DNA of 64,000 bases from Euryarchaeota archaeon SM23-78 (GCA_001595785.1 LSSJ01000035.1:4558-68557), one strand, 5' to 3'; counted from the first letter of the stretch, positions 52,147 to 62,110 are shown. The notes: generated by a model from the letters alone, not told the origin. Translations and numbers: made by a program.

Positions 52147-53484
52147 ATGAAAACTATTATCAAGAACACAACTACTTTTGTAGGAGAAAACTTTGACAGG
52201 CAGGACAGTATTGATATTCTTATTGAAGATGACCTTGTTAAAAGGATAGATAAACAGATTAATGCTTCTGATGCTGATGAAGTTTTTGATGGAAAAGATT
52301 TCTTTGTTACGCCAGGTTTTATTAACGCGCATTTCCATCCTTCGCAGCAGTTTAACAGGGCTTTGGGTGTTGGCATTAGCCATGACAAGCAAATGGATTT
52401 ATTGCACGCTACTGATAAGATAAAAAAACCTGATGACAAGTATTGGTTATCCTACCTGGCTGTTCTTGAAGGCTTGAGAGCAGGAACCACTTGCTTTTAT
52501 TCTGTGGGTTCAGAGATTGAAACCCAGATAAAGCTTTATAACAAGCTGGGTGTAAGGGCTGCTTGCACCATGATTCCTAAAGATATTGAGGCTAATGAAA
52601 AAGATGAATCTGTTAGAGCTAAGACCTGGGATACTAAGGAGAGAATAAAGACAGCAGAAGAGCTTCATAAAAAGTATCACTCTGACCTTGTAAGGGTTCA
52701 TTTCGGAGTTGCCAATGTGAGGTATGCTTCTGATGAATTAATCCTGGGCATGCAGAAGCTGGCTGAGAAGTATGATGTTTATTTTCATATGCACGCTGCT
52801 GAGGCCAATAAGTATGTTGAGTCTGTGATGAAGAGAACAGGGCACAGGCCTGTTGAGCATTTATACAAGACAGGTGCTTTGAATCACAGGGTTTCCCTTG
52901 CTCACATGACCAAGCTGATGCCTGAAGAAATTAAGTTTTTGGCTGAGAAAAAAGCCCATGTTGTGCACTGCCCAAGAGCCAACTCATATGTAGCAGTAGG
53001 CGTGTGTCCTATGAAAGAGCTCATTGACGAAGGTGTTAATGTGTGCCTTGGCTCTGATGCTGCTATTAATAATAATTCTAATAGAGTGCTTGGTGATGCT
53101 CATGCTGCTCATGATAAACTTGCAGACAGGTATGAAAAAGCAGATATTATTGATTACATAACCCTATTTAAGATGCTCACTATTAATGGCGCAAAAGCAA
53201 TGGGTTTGGAGAAACAAATAGGAACAATTGAGGAAGGCAAAAAAGCAGACCTGGTGTTATGGTCAAAGAACGAGTACCCTTTTATACCAGGCTTTAACCT
53301 ATTAGCAGATCTTATCTTTGCAGACGATGGATGTATGGCACACACGGTTTTTATTAATGGAAAAAAAGTACTTGAGAACTACAAGTCTACAATGATGAAT
53401 GAAGAGGAACTTAAACAACAAGCCAAAAAAATTGCACACAGATTTTATTCATTATTTAAAGAAAGAATTTTTAAAAATCTCTAA
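52147..53484 (+). CDS. metal-dependent amidohydrolase (MTA/SAH-deaminase / chlorohydrolase family)
   Basis: TPGFINAHFHPSQ (HxH)..HMHAAE..GSDAAINNN. Confidence 0.7.
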   Translation: MKTIIKNTTTFVGENFDRQDSIDILIEDDLVKRIDKQINASDADEVFDGKDFFVTPGFINAHFHPSQQFNRALGVGISHDKQMDLLHATDKIKKPDDKYWLSYLAVLEGLRAGTTCFYSVGSEIETQIKLYNKLGVRAACTMIPKDIEANEKDESVRAKTWDTKERIKTAEELHKKYHSDLVRVHFGVANVRYASDELILGMQKLAEKYDVYFHMHAAEANKYVESVMKRTGHRPVEHLYKTGALNHRVSLAHMTKLMPEEIKFLAEKKAHVVHCPRANSYVAVGVCPMKELIDEGVNVCLGSDAAINNNSNRVLGDAHAAHDKLADRYEKADIIDYITLFKMLTINGAKAMGLEKQIGTIEEGKKADLVLWSKNEYPFIPGFNLLADLIFADDGCMAHTVFINGKKVLENYKSTMMNEEELKQQAKKIAHRFYSLFKERIFKNL

Positions 53485-53541
53485 TCTATTTCTTATCTTT
53501 TACCAAACCTTTATTAATAACCTCTTCAATTAATATTATTA

Positions 53542-54894
53542 GTGGCTAAAAGCATTGAGTTAAGATCTAGTATTACTGCTGATGGAGTGAGATTAAGCTA
53601 TGGTAAAAGGAAATTTGACCTTATCTATCCTTCTAATGTCTGGTACACTTATCCTAGCAAGTCTCAGCAAGTATTGGTTGATAACTTGGCTTATCTCTTA
53701 ACTATTAATTTGCCTTTTGTCTCGGATTTCAAGAGAATTGTTTACAACACCACCAAACCTTTTTTTGAAAAAAAATTTAAGCGCATGGTATTGGAGGGTA
53801 TTCCTTCTGCTAGTCATGATTATGAGCAACACTCCAAGGAGCTTGTTGAGAGGTTTCTTAGCACAGAAGTGGTTTTCAGAGATGACTGGCCAAGAAAACC
53901 TTTTTATGATGAGGTGTTGGATGAGAAAAGCATTATCCCTTTATCGTGTGGTAAGGACAGCTTGTTGACCTTGGCAGTTGCTAAAGAGGCTGGTCTTAAC
54001 CCAATAGCTGTTTATATTGTTGACACTGTAAGCCCATCTGAAAACAAGATTAAGATTAAACATGCTAAGAAGCTGTGCAAAGAACAAGGCATAAAACTGG
54101 TATTCTTGAAGAATAGTATTGAGAAGCTCAATGATTTTGAGACTTGGGATACTATGGAAACCTGCTTAGGTTATATGCACATGATTACAGGCTTTTGTTT
54201 TATAAGCTTGCCTCTTGCTCATTTCTTTGGCGCTGATAAAATATTAATTGGTAATCAAAAAGATATGGATTTCCCTTTTGTTAACAAGGATAACATATTA
54301 ACATGGCCTTCTCCTGATCAGACCAGCAAGGCTACAAAGGAGCAGCACAAAATGATTCAGAAGATGACTGGTAGGGAGGCAGGGGTTTACAGTATTATAA
54401 GACCCTTAACCAATATTGCTATCACAAAGATATTGCATCACCGCTACCCAGAATTTGCTAAGTACCAGGTTTCATGTGATTGTTTAGATGCTTGTGATGA
54501 GGAGAGATGGTGTCATAACTGTAACAAAGGAGCAAGGCTGAGCTTGTTTACACACGCAATAGGGAAACATCCGAGAGCAGTTGGTTTTAAGAGAGAGATG
54601 CTGGATAAAAAACATGAGAAACACTACGCCTTGTTTGAGGGTAAAGAAGTGGACCATTACGAACTTAGTAAAGAGGCAAGAGACCAGCAGTTATTAGCTT
54701 TTCTCATGGCTTATCGTGCTGGGGTTAAGGGTTATCTGATAGATAAGTTTAAGAGAAAATATTTGCAAGAAGCCAAAGCAAGGGAGGGCGAGCTCAGGAA
54801 AAAGTTCTTTAAGGTATATCCTACGCCCTTGCCACGCTATCACAAAAAAGAAATTATTTCTATCTATAAAGAAGAGATGAAGGATTTAGTGTAA
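53542..54894 (+). CDS. PP-loop (adenine-nucleotide alpha-hydrolase) superfamily protein with Cys-rich C-terminal region, function unknown
   Basis: IIPLSCGKDSLLT is an SxGKDS PP-loop. The Cys-rich segment is CDCLDACDEERWCHNCNKG. GTG start, about 27 nt after CCTTTATTAATAA. Confidence 0.5.
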   Translation: MAKSIELRSSITADGVRLSYGKRKFDLIYPSNVWYTYPSKSQQVLVDNLAYLLTINLPFVSDFKRIVYNTTKPFFEKKFKRMVLEGIPSASHDYEQHSKELVERFLSTEVVFRDDWPRKPFYDEVLDEKSIIPLSCGKDSLLTLAVAKEAGLNPIAVYIVDTVSPSENKIKIKHAKKLCKEQGIKLVFLKNSIEKLNDFETWDTMETCLGYMHMITGFCFISLPLAHFFGADKILIGNQKDMDFPFVNKDNILTWPSPDQTSKATKEQHKMIQKMTGREAGVYSIIRPLTNIAITKILHHRYPEFAKYQVSCDCLDACDEERWCHNCNKGARLSLFTHAIGKHPRAVGFKREMLDKKHEKHYALFEGKEVDHYELSKEARDQQLLAFLMAYRAGVKGYLIDKFKRKYLQEAKAREGELRKKFFKVYPTPLPRYHKKEIISIYKEEMKDLV

Positions 54895-55818
54895 CCTTCT
54901 GACCTGTCTTGCCTTTTCCTCTTTTAATTTGAACAAGAGTTTAATCAAGTCTATACCTCTAACAGGAACAAATACTAGGAAGAACCAACCAAATGTGAAG
55001 ATTAAGATATTGATTTTTAAGAATTCAAAATTGATAAAAGGGACGTTGTGATAAATCCATTCCCAGGAAAACACATTCGGAACTTCGGTTAAGACCACAG
55101 CGATAATCCAGCTCAGTGCAAGAGTTGCTATTATTAATTTGTTTCCCTGAATAAACTCTAAGACCACAGACTTTTTATTAATCTTATACACCAAAGCATC
55201 AGTTGAGAAGACAGTTAATATCATTATAAAAACCATTATCTCATTAGCATGTCTGTTTGCATTAAACAATAGGTTTACAAGTGGCACCAGCAATCCCAGA
55301 ATAAAAAATAGGATTAGCACATCGATAATAATTGTTTTTACTTTCTTTCCTAGATGATAAATATTTTTATCCTTTAATTTCTTGGCTAAAACTGTTTTGC
55401 AAAAGTAGAATATCTCATATACTTGAAGCCCACCAAAAGGATAATAGAATAATAAAGGAAAAACAAAATCATATATTCCTTTTAGATTAGGATAATACCA
55501 TAAGGTAGCTATGTTTCTTCCGTATATAATATCTACAAGAAGAGCTAAGAACAAGCCTAGCGTATATATGAGTAAAAAAGGTTTATACTTCCTATTAAGA
55601 ACATAAGAGAAAACAGATTTAGAGCCTAGTTTATAATTAAGACTTCCAAAAAACATGAAAGCGCCTATCACATAGAAACTGTACCAAAAATAAAAACCAA
55701 AGACTACAGAGGAAATAATGCTTCCCACAACCAGTATTAATCCAATTAAAAGCGTAGCATCTTCCTTTTTCATTATAATGTTAATCTTACTTTTAGAATT
55801 ATATAAATATTTTGGCAC
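54886..55818 (-). CDS. polytopic membrane protein, unknown function
   Basis: About 8 TM helices. The likely start is Met16 (55773). Confidence 0.4.
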   Translation of the reverse strand: MPKYLYNSKSKINIIMKKEDATLLIGLILVVGSIISSVVFGFYFWYSFYVIGAFMFFGSLNYKLGSKSVFSYVLNRKYKPFLLIYTLGLFLALLVDIIYGRNIATLWYYPNLKGIYDFVFPLLFYYPFGGLQVYEIFYFCKTVLAKKLKDKNIYHLGKKVKTIIIDVLILFFILGLLVPLVNLLFNANRHANEIMVFIMILTVFSTDALVYKINKKSVVLEFIQGNKLIIATLALSWIIAVVLTEVPNVFSWEWIYHNVPFINFEFLKINILIFTFGWFFLVFVPVRGIDLIKLLFKLKEEKARQVRRLH

Positions 55819-55847
55819 TTACTCATTTCTTTCTAACTACCAATACC

Positions 55848-55855
55848 TTTAAATA
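55848..55855 (+). promoter_or_regulatory. TATA-like box TTTAAATA about 28 nt upstream of the leuS ATG (leaderless-type spacing)
   Basis: Based on spacing and sequence only. Confidence 0.4.
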
Positions 55856-55879
55856 TCTCTTCTAATCATCTTTTCTCTT

Positions 55880-58800
55880 ATGGCCAAAGAACCTAAACCA
55901 GGAACTAAACTGCCTAATTTCAAGGCTATTGCTGAGAAATGGCAGAAGAAATGGGCAGATAAGAAGATATTTAGGGTAGTTGAGAATCCGAACAAAAAGA
56001 AATACTACGTATTAGAGATGTATCCTTATCCTTCTTCATATGGCTTGCACATGGGTCATGCTAGGAACTATACTATTGGTGATGTATTTGCTCGTTTTAA
56101 GAGGATGAATGGCTTTAACGTGCTTTACCCTATGGGCTATGATTCTTTTGGTCTTCCTGCTGAGAATGCTGCTATTAAGGCTAAATCTCATCCTAAGATT
56201 TTCACTGAAAAAGCCATTGAAAACTTTGTTAAGCAGCAGAAAGCCCTTGGTTTAAGCTATGACTGGGATAGAATGATTTACTCTCATGACCCTGGTTTCT
56301 ATAAGTGGGATCAATGGGTTTTTCTTAAGATGTTTGAAAAAGGCCTTGCTTTTAAGAGAAAGGCTGCTGTTAATTGGTGCCCTAAGTGTAAAACAGTTTT
56401 GGCTAATGAGCAGGTCCATGGAAGTATGTGCTGGGCTCATACAGACACCCCTGTTGAAATAAAGGATTTGAATCAATGGTTCTTTAAGATTACTGATTAT
56501 GCAGAAGAGCTTCTTAAGGATATTGACAAACTTAAGAACTGGCAAGAGGATGTTAAGCTTATGCAAAAGAACTGGATTGGTAAAAGTCATGGTACCCTAA
56601 TAGAGTTTCAGATTGAAGGTTCTGATAAAAAGTTCAGTGTTTTTACCACAAGACCAGACACTCTATGGGGAATTACTTTCTTAGTGTATGCTCCTGAACA
56701 TCCTGATGTTATGGAGTTAGTTAAAGGAACAGAGTATAGGGGTAAGGTTAAGAAGTTTGTTCAAAAAGTATTGCTACAGGACAGGTTTGAAAGAACTGCT
56801 GAGAACAAAGAAAAAGAGGGCGTGTTCATAGGTAGATTTGCTATTCATCCTGTTACAAAGGAAAAAATACCCATATATATTGCTAATTTTGTGCTTTATG
56901 AGTATGGCACTGGTGCAATCATTGCTGTGCCTGCTCATGACCAGCGTGATTTTGAGTTTGCAAAGAAGTACAAGATTCCAATAAAAGTAGTTATTAATCC
57001 TGCTATGTTTGACCTTAGTCCTGATAAGATGACCAGGGCTTACATGGGAGACGGTAACATGATTAATTCTGAGCAGTTCAATGGCATGAACAACAGAGAC
57101 GCAATACCAGATATTAACAAGTTTTTAGAAAAGAACAAATGGGGTAAGGTAACTGTTCAGTACAAACTAAGGGATTGGTTGATAAGCAGGCAGAGGTTCT
57201 GGGGCTGCCCAATACCAGTTATATATTGTGATAAATGCGGTAAAGAAGATGTTCTTATGTTGCATGGCTGGGAAGACACATCTAAAGCTGGTTTTATCCC
57301 TGAGTTTGTTAAAGATTTGAAAACTAAAGGTTACAAGGCTTATGCTTATGACCAGCCTAACACAGACGCACCAAAGTTTAATGAATGGTTTAGTTTTGCA
57401 GAAAATAAGATTAAAGGCCTTAACAATAATAATATGAGTATTGTTGGCCACAGCATGGGTGGCTTGCTTGCTTTAAAACTTGCTGAGAAATATAAGGTTA
57501 AGAAATTAGTGCTTGTTGCTCCTGTTGGAACAAGGCCTTCAAAAAAATATTATGATGTTACTTGCAAAGAGCTCGGACAGGATGAACTAAATGTTTTCAA
57601 GAACTATATGGACAGAGACATTGATGTTGAAAAGATAAAAAAGAATGCTAAGAAAATAATTTTTATTTTTGGGAAAAAAGACCCTTGGATTAATGAGGAG
57701 ATAAGAAATTCTTATATCTCTAGGTTCAAAGATGTTGCTGATATTCATCTATTGGATTATGGTCACATGGCTGAGAGTGAAAATTTTAAGAAACTTACAG
57801 AATTAGAAAACCTGTTTTCAAAAGAAGGTATTAAAACAATTCCTGTGCCTGAAAAAGACTTGCCTGTAAAACTGCCTGAAGATGTCAAGTTTGATGCTTC
57901 TGGTGGTAATCCCCTTGCAAAGATTGAAGCATTTGTTAATACCAAGTGTCCTAGGTGCGGCGGAGAAGCTAGGAGAGAAACAGATACCATGGATACCTTT
58001 GTTGACTCTGCTTGGTACTTTTTAAGGTACTGTGATCCAAAGAATAACAAAGTGATTTTTGATAAAAAGAAAGTAAAGTACTGGATGCCCATAGATACTT
58101 ATATTGGTGGTAAAGAGCATGCAACTATGCACCTTATTTATTTTAGATTTTATTGCAAGTTCTTAAGAGACCTTGGCTTGTTAGAGTTTGATGAACCCAC
58201 CCTTCACTTGTTTAATCAGGGTATGCTATGCAAAGGCGGTGTTAAGATGAGCAAGAGCAAGGGCAATGTGGTGACCCAAGAAGAAATTGAGAATAATTAT
58301 GGTATTGACACTGCACGCTTTTTCCTTGTTTTTGTTGCTAGTCCTGATAAGGATATGGAGTGGGATGACCAGGCAGTTGAGGGCTCTTATAGATTCCTTG
58401 TGAAGGTTTATGACATGCTTACTAATAAGAAGATTGTTAATAAGGTTATTAAGAATCAGGAGAGCAAGACCCATAAAACCATTCTTGAGGTTACTGATTA
58501 TATATCTTCTTTCAAGTACAATCTTGCTCTTATTAGTATTATGAAGTTTGCGAATTATCTTTACACTAAAGACGAGATAAGTAACAGTGCTGCAAACAAC
58601 TTGTTATTATTACTCTCACCTTTTGCTCCTCACCTTGCAGAGGAATTATGGGAAAAATTGGGTAATAGAGGTTTTATTAGTCTTGAAAAATGGCCTGTTG
58701 GTGATAAGCAGAAGATTGATGAGAAGGTAGAGGCAGCTGAAGAGTTATATATAAAGGTAAGAAAAGATATTCTTGCATTACAAGAGTTAACTGGCTTGAC

Positions 58801-59158
58801 CAAGCCTAGTAAAGTAGTGCTTATTATTGCTAATACTTGGAAATACGAGTTTATTACTAATCTGAAGAAGGAGATAGAGAAAACAAGGGATGTTGGTAAA
58901 TTAATAAAAGTACTTAGTGCAAAAGATAAAACCCATAGTAAATTAATTGCAAATTTTGTTCCAAAATTTGTGAAGAACCCTGATAAGATACCAGAGGTTG
59001 TAATATCTCAGCAGGATGAAAAGAAAGCTCTTGGTGATTTTGTTGTTGAGCTAGAAAAAGAGTTTAAGACCAAGTTTGAAATAACGCTTGAGAAGGATTC
59101 AAAGCATGATAAAGCCAAGAATGCCTTGCCTGGTAAACCAGCTATTGTTTTTACATAA
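55880..59158 (+). CDS. leuS: leucyl-tRNA synthetase (bacterial-like architecture) carrying an internal alpha/beta-hydrolase domain
   Basis: HMGH (res 57-60), CP1 TTRPDT (256-261), NWIGKS, RETDTMDTFVDSAWYFLRY and VKMSKSKGN. Confidence 0.9.
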   Translation: MAKEPKPGTKLPNFKAIAEKWQKKWADKKIFRVVENPNKKKYYVLEMYPYPSSYGLHMGHARNYTIGDVFARFKRMNGFNVLYPMGYDSFGLPAENAAIKAKSHPKIFTEKAIENFVKQQKALGLSYDWDRMIYSHDPGFYKWDQWVFLKMFEKGLAFKRKAAVNWCPKCKTVLANEQVHGSMCWAHTDTPVEIKDLNQWFFKITDYAEELLKDIDKLKNWQEDVKLMQKNWIGKSHGTLIEFQIEGSDKKFSVFTTRPDTLWGITFLVYAPEHPDVMELVKGTEYRGKVKKFVQKVLLQDRFERTAENKEKEGVFIGRFAIHPVTKEKIPIYIANFVLYEYGTGAIIAVPAHDQRDFEFAKKYKIPIKVVINPAMFDLSPDKMTRAYMGDGNMINSEQFNGMNNRDAIPDINKFLEKNKWGKVTVQYKLRDWLISRQRFWGCPIPVIYCDKCGKEDVLMLHGWEDTSKAGFIPEFVKDLKTKGYKAYAYDQPNTDAPKFNEWFSFAENKIKGLNNNNMSIVGHSMGGLLALKLAEKYKVKKLVLVAPVGTRPSKKYYDVTCKELGQDELNVFKNYMDRDIDVEKIKKNAKKIIFIFGKKDPWINEEIRNSYISRFKDVADIHLLDYGHMAESENFKKLTELENLFSKEGIKTIPVPEKDLPVKLPEDVKFDASGGNPLAKIEAFVNTKCPRCGGEARRETDTMDTFVDSAWYFLRYCDPKNNKVIFDKKKVKYWMPIDTYIGGKEHATMHLIYFRFYCKFLRDLGLLEFDEPTLHLFNQGMLCKGGVKMSKSKGNVVTQEEIENNYGIDTARFFLVFVASPDKDMEWDDQAVEGSYRFLVKVYDMLTNKKIVNKVIKNQESKTHKTILEVTDYISSFKYNLALISIMKFANYLYTKDEISNSAANNLLLLLSPFAPHLAEELWEKLGNRGFISLEKWPVGDKQKIDEKVEAAEELYIKVRKDILALQELTGLTKPSKVVLIIANTWKYEFITNLKKEIEKTRDVGKLIKVLSAKDKTHSKLIANFVPKFVKNPDKIPEVVISQQDEKKALGDFVVELEKEFKTKFEITLEKDSKHDKAKNALPGKPAIVFT
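57242..57838 (+). other. inserted serine-hydrolase (alpha/beta fold, YdeN/RBBP9-like) domain within LeuRS
   Basis: LMLHGW; GHSMGG (Ser525); GKKDPW (Asp601); YGHM (His629). The insertion lies between CDKCG and TIPVPEKDLPVKLPEDV. Confidence 0.7.
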
Positions 59159-59173
59159 AAAAGAGGGTTGTAC

Positions 59174-61051
59174 ATGATACCCCAAAAAGTCTTATATATT
59201 GATGCATCCACCGGAAAATTCAGAGTAGAGGATGTTAAGGATGAAAATGTCATTGGTCCTGTTGACTTTGCTCTTAAGTATGCAAATGAGGATAACAAGT
59301 TCTTTTTTGGCTCTGGAGTGCTTGCTGGCTCAATAATACCAAGCACAAGAAGATTAATTTTTTGTGGTCATTCTCCTCTTTGGGATAATTTCTATATCTC
59401 TACTATGGGTGGAGCAGCCATGGTGTTCAGGCATTTAGGTATTAATTATGTGATTATTGAAAATAGTTGCCCTGAGCACAGTGTTTTAAAGTTGAAGAGA
59501 GAAAAGGATGAATTTAGTGTTGTTTTTGAAAGAGTTGATGCAGAAAAGATATGGAAGGGATACAAAGATAAAATCGGGTTCTATGCTTTACAAGAATTTG
59601 TTTTTGATAACTATAAGGATGAATATAATCACTGTATTGATGATTTTGGCAAACTGAGGATTCTAGCAACAGGCCCTGCTGCTCTTAAAACCAATATGGG
59701 AGCTATTGGCTCTGCTTATATTGAAGCAGGCAAGCCAGGCTTTGTTGATTGCTGGGCAGGCAGAGGAGGCATAGGCTCTAAACTAGTGCAGAAACATAAG
59801 ATTGTTGCTATTATTTATGGTGGTGACTACAAGGATGATAGCTTGACAAATATTAATGAGTTTAACAAGTATTTTCAGGATAAGTTTCAGAAAAAAATGA
59901 TGATTAAAGACACAGAAGCAACCACTAAGTACAGATATGATCCTAAGTATAAGTCAGGCGGAACCCTTGGTGTTAATTATTCTGCAACTGATAGCTGGCT
60001 TTTTAGTTTTAACTATTCCTCTATTTATCTTTCTGATGAAGACAGGATAAAGATACACACTGATTTTATCAAGAAACACTACTTAAAACAGTTTAATGAG
60101 GAGACCATCAAGCCAAAAAAGTTTAAGACTTGTGGAGAAGCCTGTCCTGCTGTTTGTAAAAAGATGAGGGATGAGTATAAAAAGGATTATGAGCCTTACG
60201 AAGCTCTAGGACCCAACAGCGGAGTATTTGACCAGAGAGCAGCTGAAAGGCTTAATCATTATGCTGATGCAATGGGCTTTGATGCAATCCAAGCAGGGGG
60301 GATTGTGAGCTGGGTAATGGAGTGCTTGGCTAAGGGTATTATTAAGAAGGAGGATCTTGGCTTAACCTTAATGCCCAAATTTGATTGGAAAAACTTTGAT
60401 ATTGTTAATGATTCTAATAACAATGCTGAGCTAGGCATACAAATAATAAATCTAGTATTAACCAATCCCATGTTTAGCAAAAGCATAAGACAATCATCAA
60501 AAGAGCTTGATAATAGGTTTGGAACAAAAACTATTAACCTAGCAGTATTCAATGCTTTTGGAAATGAAGGCTGCATGGTTCCTAACATGTACTGGGGACC
60601 TGGATTATTTAGTCCTATGCCGATAATGGGCAAGTATTTCCAGTATTACAAGTACAGCATAGCCAATCCTTATGAGCTTGGCAAAAAGAATAGTGAGAGA
60701 ATGATAAAAGAGTTGTATTCAGATAACTCTGGTTGCTGCAGGTTTCACAGGGGATGGATAGAGGAAGTAATCCAAGACATTATTAACAAGCACTTTAACT
60801 TAAATATTGATTTTTTTGCTCACCACAAGAAATTAGTGCAGGATATTAATCAGAATAATAAGAGTGTTTTCTGGGAGAGCGAGAGAGTAATTGATATTAT
60901 CTTTGAGTTCTTGAGAAAATTCATAAGAGAAAACCCTGAGGACACAGTTGCAAAGGAGTGGGTGGCTAGGTTTGAGAAAGACAAGTACATAGCAGCAAGG
61001 GAATACTGGGAAGAGATAAGAAGAGGCATAAATGATACTTTGAAGGATTAA
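59174..61051 (+). CDS. aldehyde:ferredoxin oxidoreductase (AOR) family protein, divergent
   Basis: The N-terminal domain has LYIDASTGKF..GSGVLAG..CGHSPL..GGAAMVFRHLGINYVIIEN. Further along are AGRGGIGSKLVQKHKIVAIIYGG and CGEACPAVCKK. Confidence 0.7.
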   Translation: MIPQKVLYIDASTGKFRVEDVKDENVIGPVDFALKYANEDNKFFFGSGVLAGSIIPSTRRLIFCGHSPLWDNFYISTMGGAAMVFRHLGINYVIIENSCPEHSVLKLKREKDEFSVVFERVDAEKIWKGYKDKIGFYALQEFVFDNYKDEYNHCIDDFGKLRILATGPAALKTNMGAIGSAYIEAGKPGFVDCWAGRGGIGSKLVQKHKIVAIIYGGDYKDDSLTNINEFNKYFQDKFQKKMMIKDTEATTKYRYDPKYKSGGTLGVNYSATDSWLFSFNYSSIYLSDEDRIKIHTDFIKKHYLKQFNEETIKPKKFKTCGEACPAVCKKMRDEYKKDYEPYEALGPNSGVFDQRAAERLNHYADAMGFDAIQAGGIVSWVMECLAKGIIKKEDLGLTLMPKFDWKNFDIVNDSNNNAELGIQIINLVLTNPMFSKSIRQSSKELDNRFGTKTINLAVFNAFGNEGCMVPNMYWGPGLFSPMPIMGKYFQYYKYSIANPYELGKKNSERMIKELYSDNSGCCRFHRGWIEEVIQDIINKHFNLNIDFFAHHKKLVQDINQNNKSVFWESERVIDIIFEFLRKFIRENPEDTVAKEWVARFEKDKYIAAREYWEEIRRGINDTLKD

Positions 61052-61066
61052 GTTTGCGTTGAAGGG

Positions 61067-62110
61067 TTAGGCTTGCATGGGCGTTACATCTATTTTGTAA
61101 AACCCTCCTATACTAGCTGCTTTATTGAATAATTCTCCGCCAGTAAGCTTGGTGTCAACACCATAATTCTTTCCTGAACGCTTATCAAAAAGCACTCTTA
61201 AGTCCTGCTGTCTCCAAGGAGGAATGCTTACTGCATAATTATTTGCATAAAGTATCAAAGCCTTGTTATTCATATCTTGTCCTGCTAATTCTAAGAGCTG
61301 GCTTAGTTTCATAGAAGGAACTTCTTGCCCTTTGTATTCAACCAGGTTTTTTTCTGCAAATGGCTTTATTTTTGAATAAGGAATTTTTTTACCAGCTATT
61401 TCTAACACAAGGTTATCAAGGCTCATGCTTATGTCCTTGTTTTCAGGGGTGATTATTTTTTGGTCAGGACCTAAGAAATGATTTCCTAGAGGTATGTCTT
61501 CTTTCAGATTAATCATTTTTTTTCCATCAACAACATCCTTCCACGCATATTCTTCTGGAGTAAAAAAGCCATAAGGAGTCATCTTTGCCTGAACAGCTTT
61601 TTCAAAACCTGCTCCGTGCCAGTATTCTTTAGGAATATTACTCTTGGCTCTTGAGAAAAAAGTTTTTTCAGGTTCTTCAGGAATCAGAGCGTACCAGTCC
61701 GTAGAACTAAGCATTAATTGGCCTGGCTTTGCATTGAAATCCATTTTTAGTTTTTCAAAAACATCTGGCATGAGCAAGCCGAACTTTTTGGATTCAATAG
61801 GAAACTCAGGATTGGATTTGCAGTATTTTTTGCAGTCAATAGGAAGCATGGGTATGCTCTCAATATTTCCTTGGTCTAAAGGATTGGAATTAATACTAAC
61901 CCTGTCAAAAGTTCTATACCATGATTCTGGTATTGGAAGAGCTGTTTCTCCAATGCTTCTTGAAATCTTGTCAGTGTCTATTCTTGGAAGATAAGGTCTC
62001 TGAGAAACAGAGGAAATAGTAAGACCAGTTAATAGAATTCCCTTTCCAATAAGTTCCAAAGCTTTTCGCCTATCAATTATTTCTTTTGATACATAACTCA
62101 CAAATTCCAC
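61067..62110 (-). CDS. hypothetical exported protein with Tat-like signal
   Basis: N-terminal IDRRKALELIGKGILLTGLTISS. I recognised no other motif. Confidence 0.4.
   Translation of the reverse strand: MEFVSYVSKEIIDRRKALELIGKGILLTGLTISSVSQRPYLPRIDTDKISRSIGETALPIPESWYRTFDRVSINSNPLDQGNIESIPMLPIDCKKYCKSNPEFPIESKKFGLLMPDVFEKLKMDFNAKPGQLMLSSTDWYALIPEEPEKTFFSRAKSNIPKEYWHGAGFEKAVQAKMTPYGFFTPEEYAWKDVVDGKKMINLKEDIPLGNHFLGPDQKIITPENKDISMSLDNLVLEIAGKKIPYSKIKPFAEKNLVEYKGQEVPSMKLSQLLELAGQDMNNKALILYANNYAVSIPPWRQQDLRVLFDKRSGKNYGVDTKLTGGELFNKAASIGGFYKIDVTPMQA

Noticed and set aside
57242-57838. Whether the LeuRS insertion is an intein.
   Set aside because: The insertion has no Cys/Ser/Ala at its N-terminus, no TxxH block, and no terminal HN followed by Cys/Ser/Thr. 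It has Ser-Asp-His hydrolase motifs instead.
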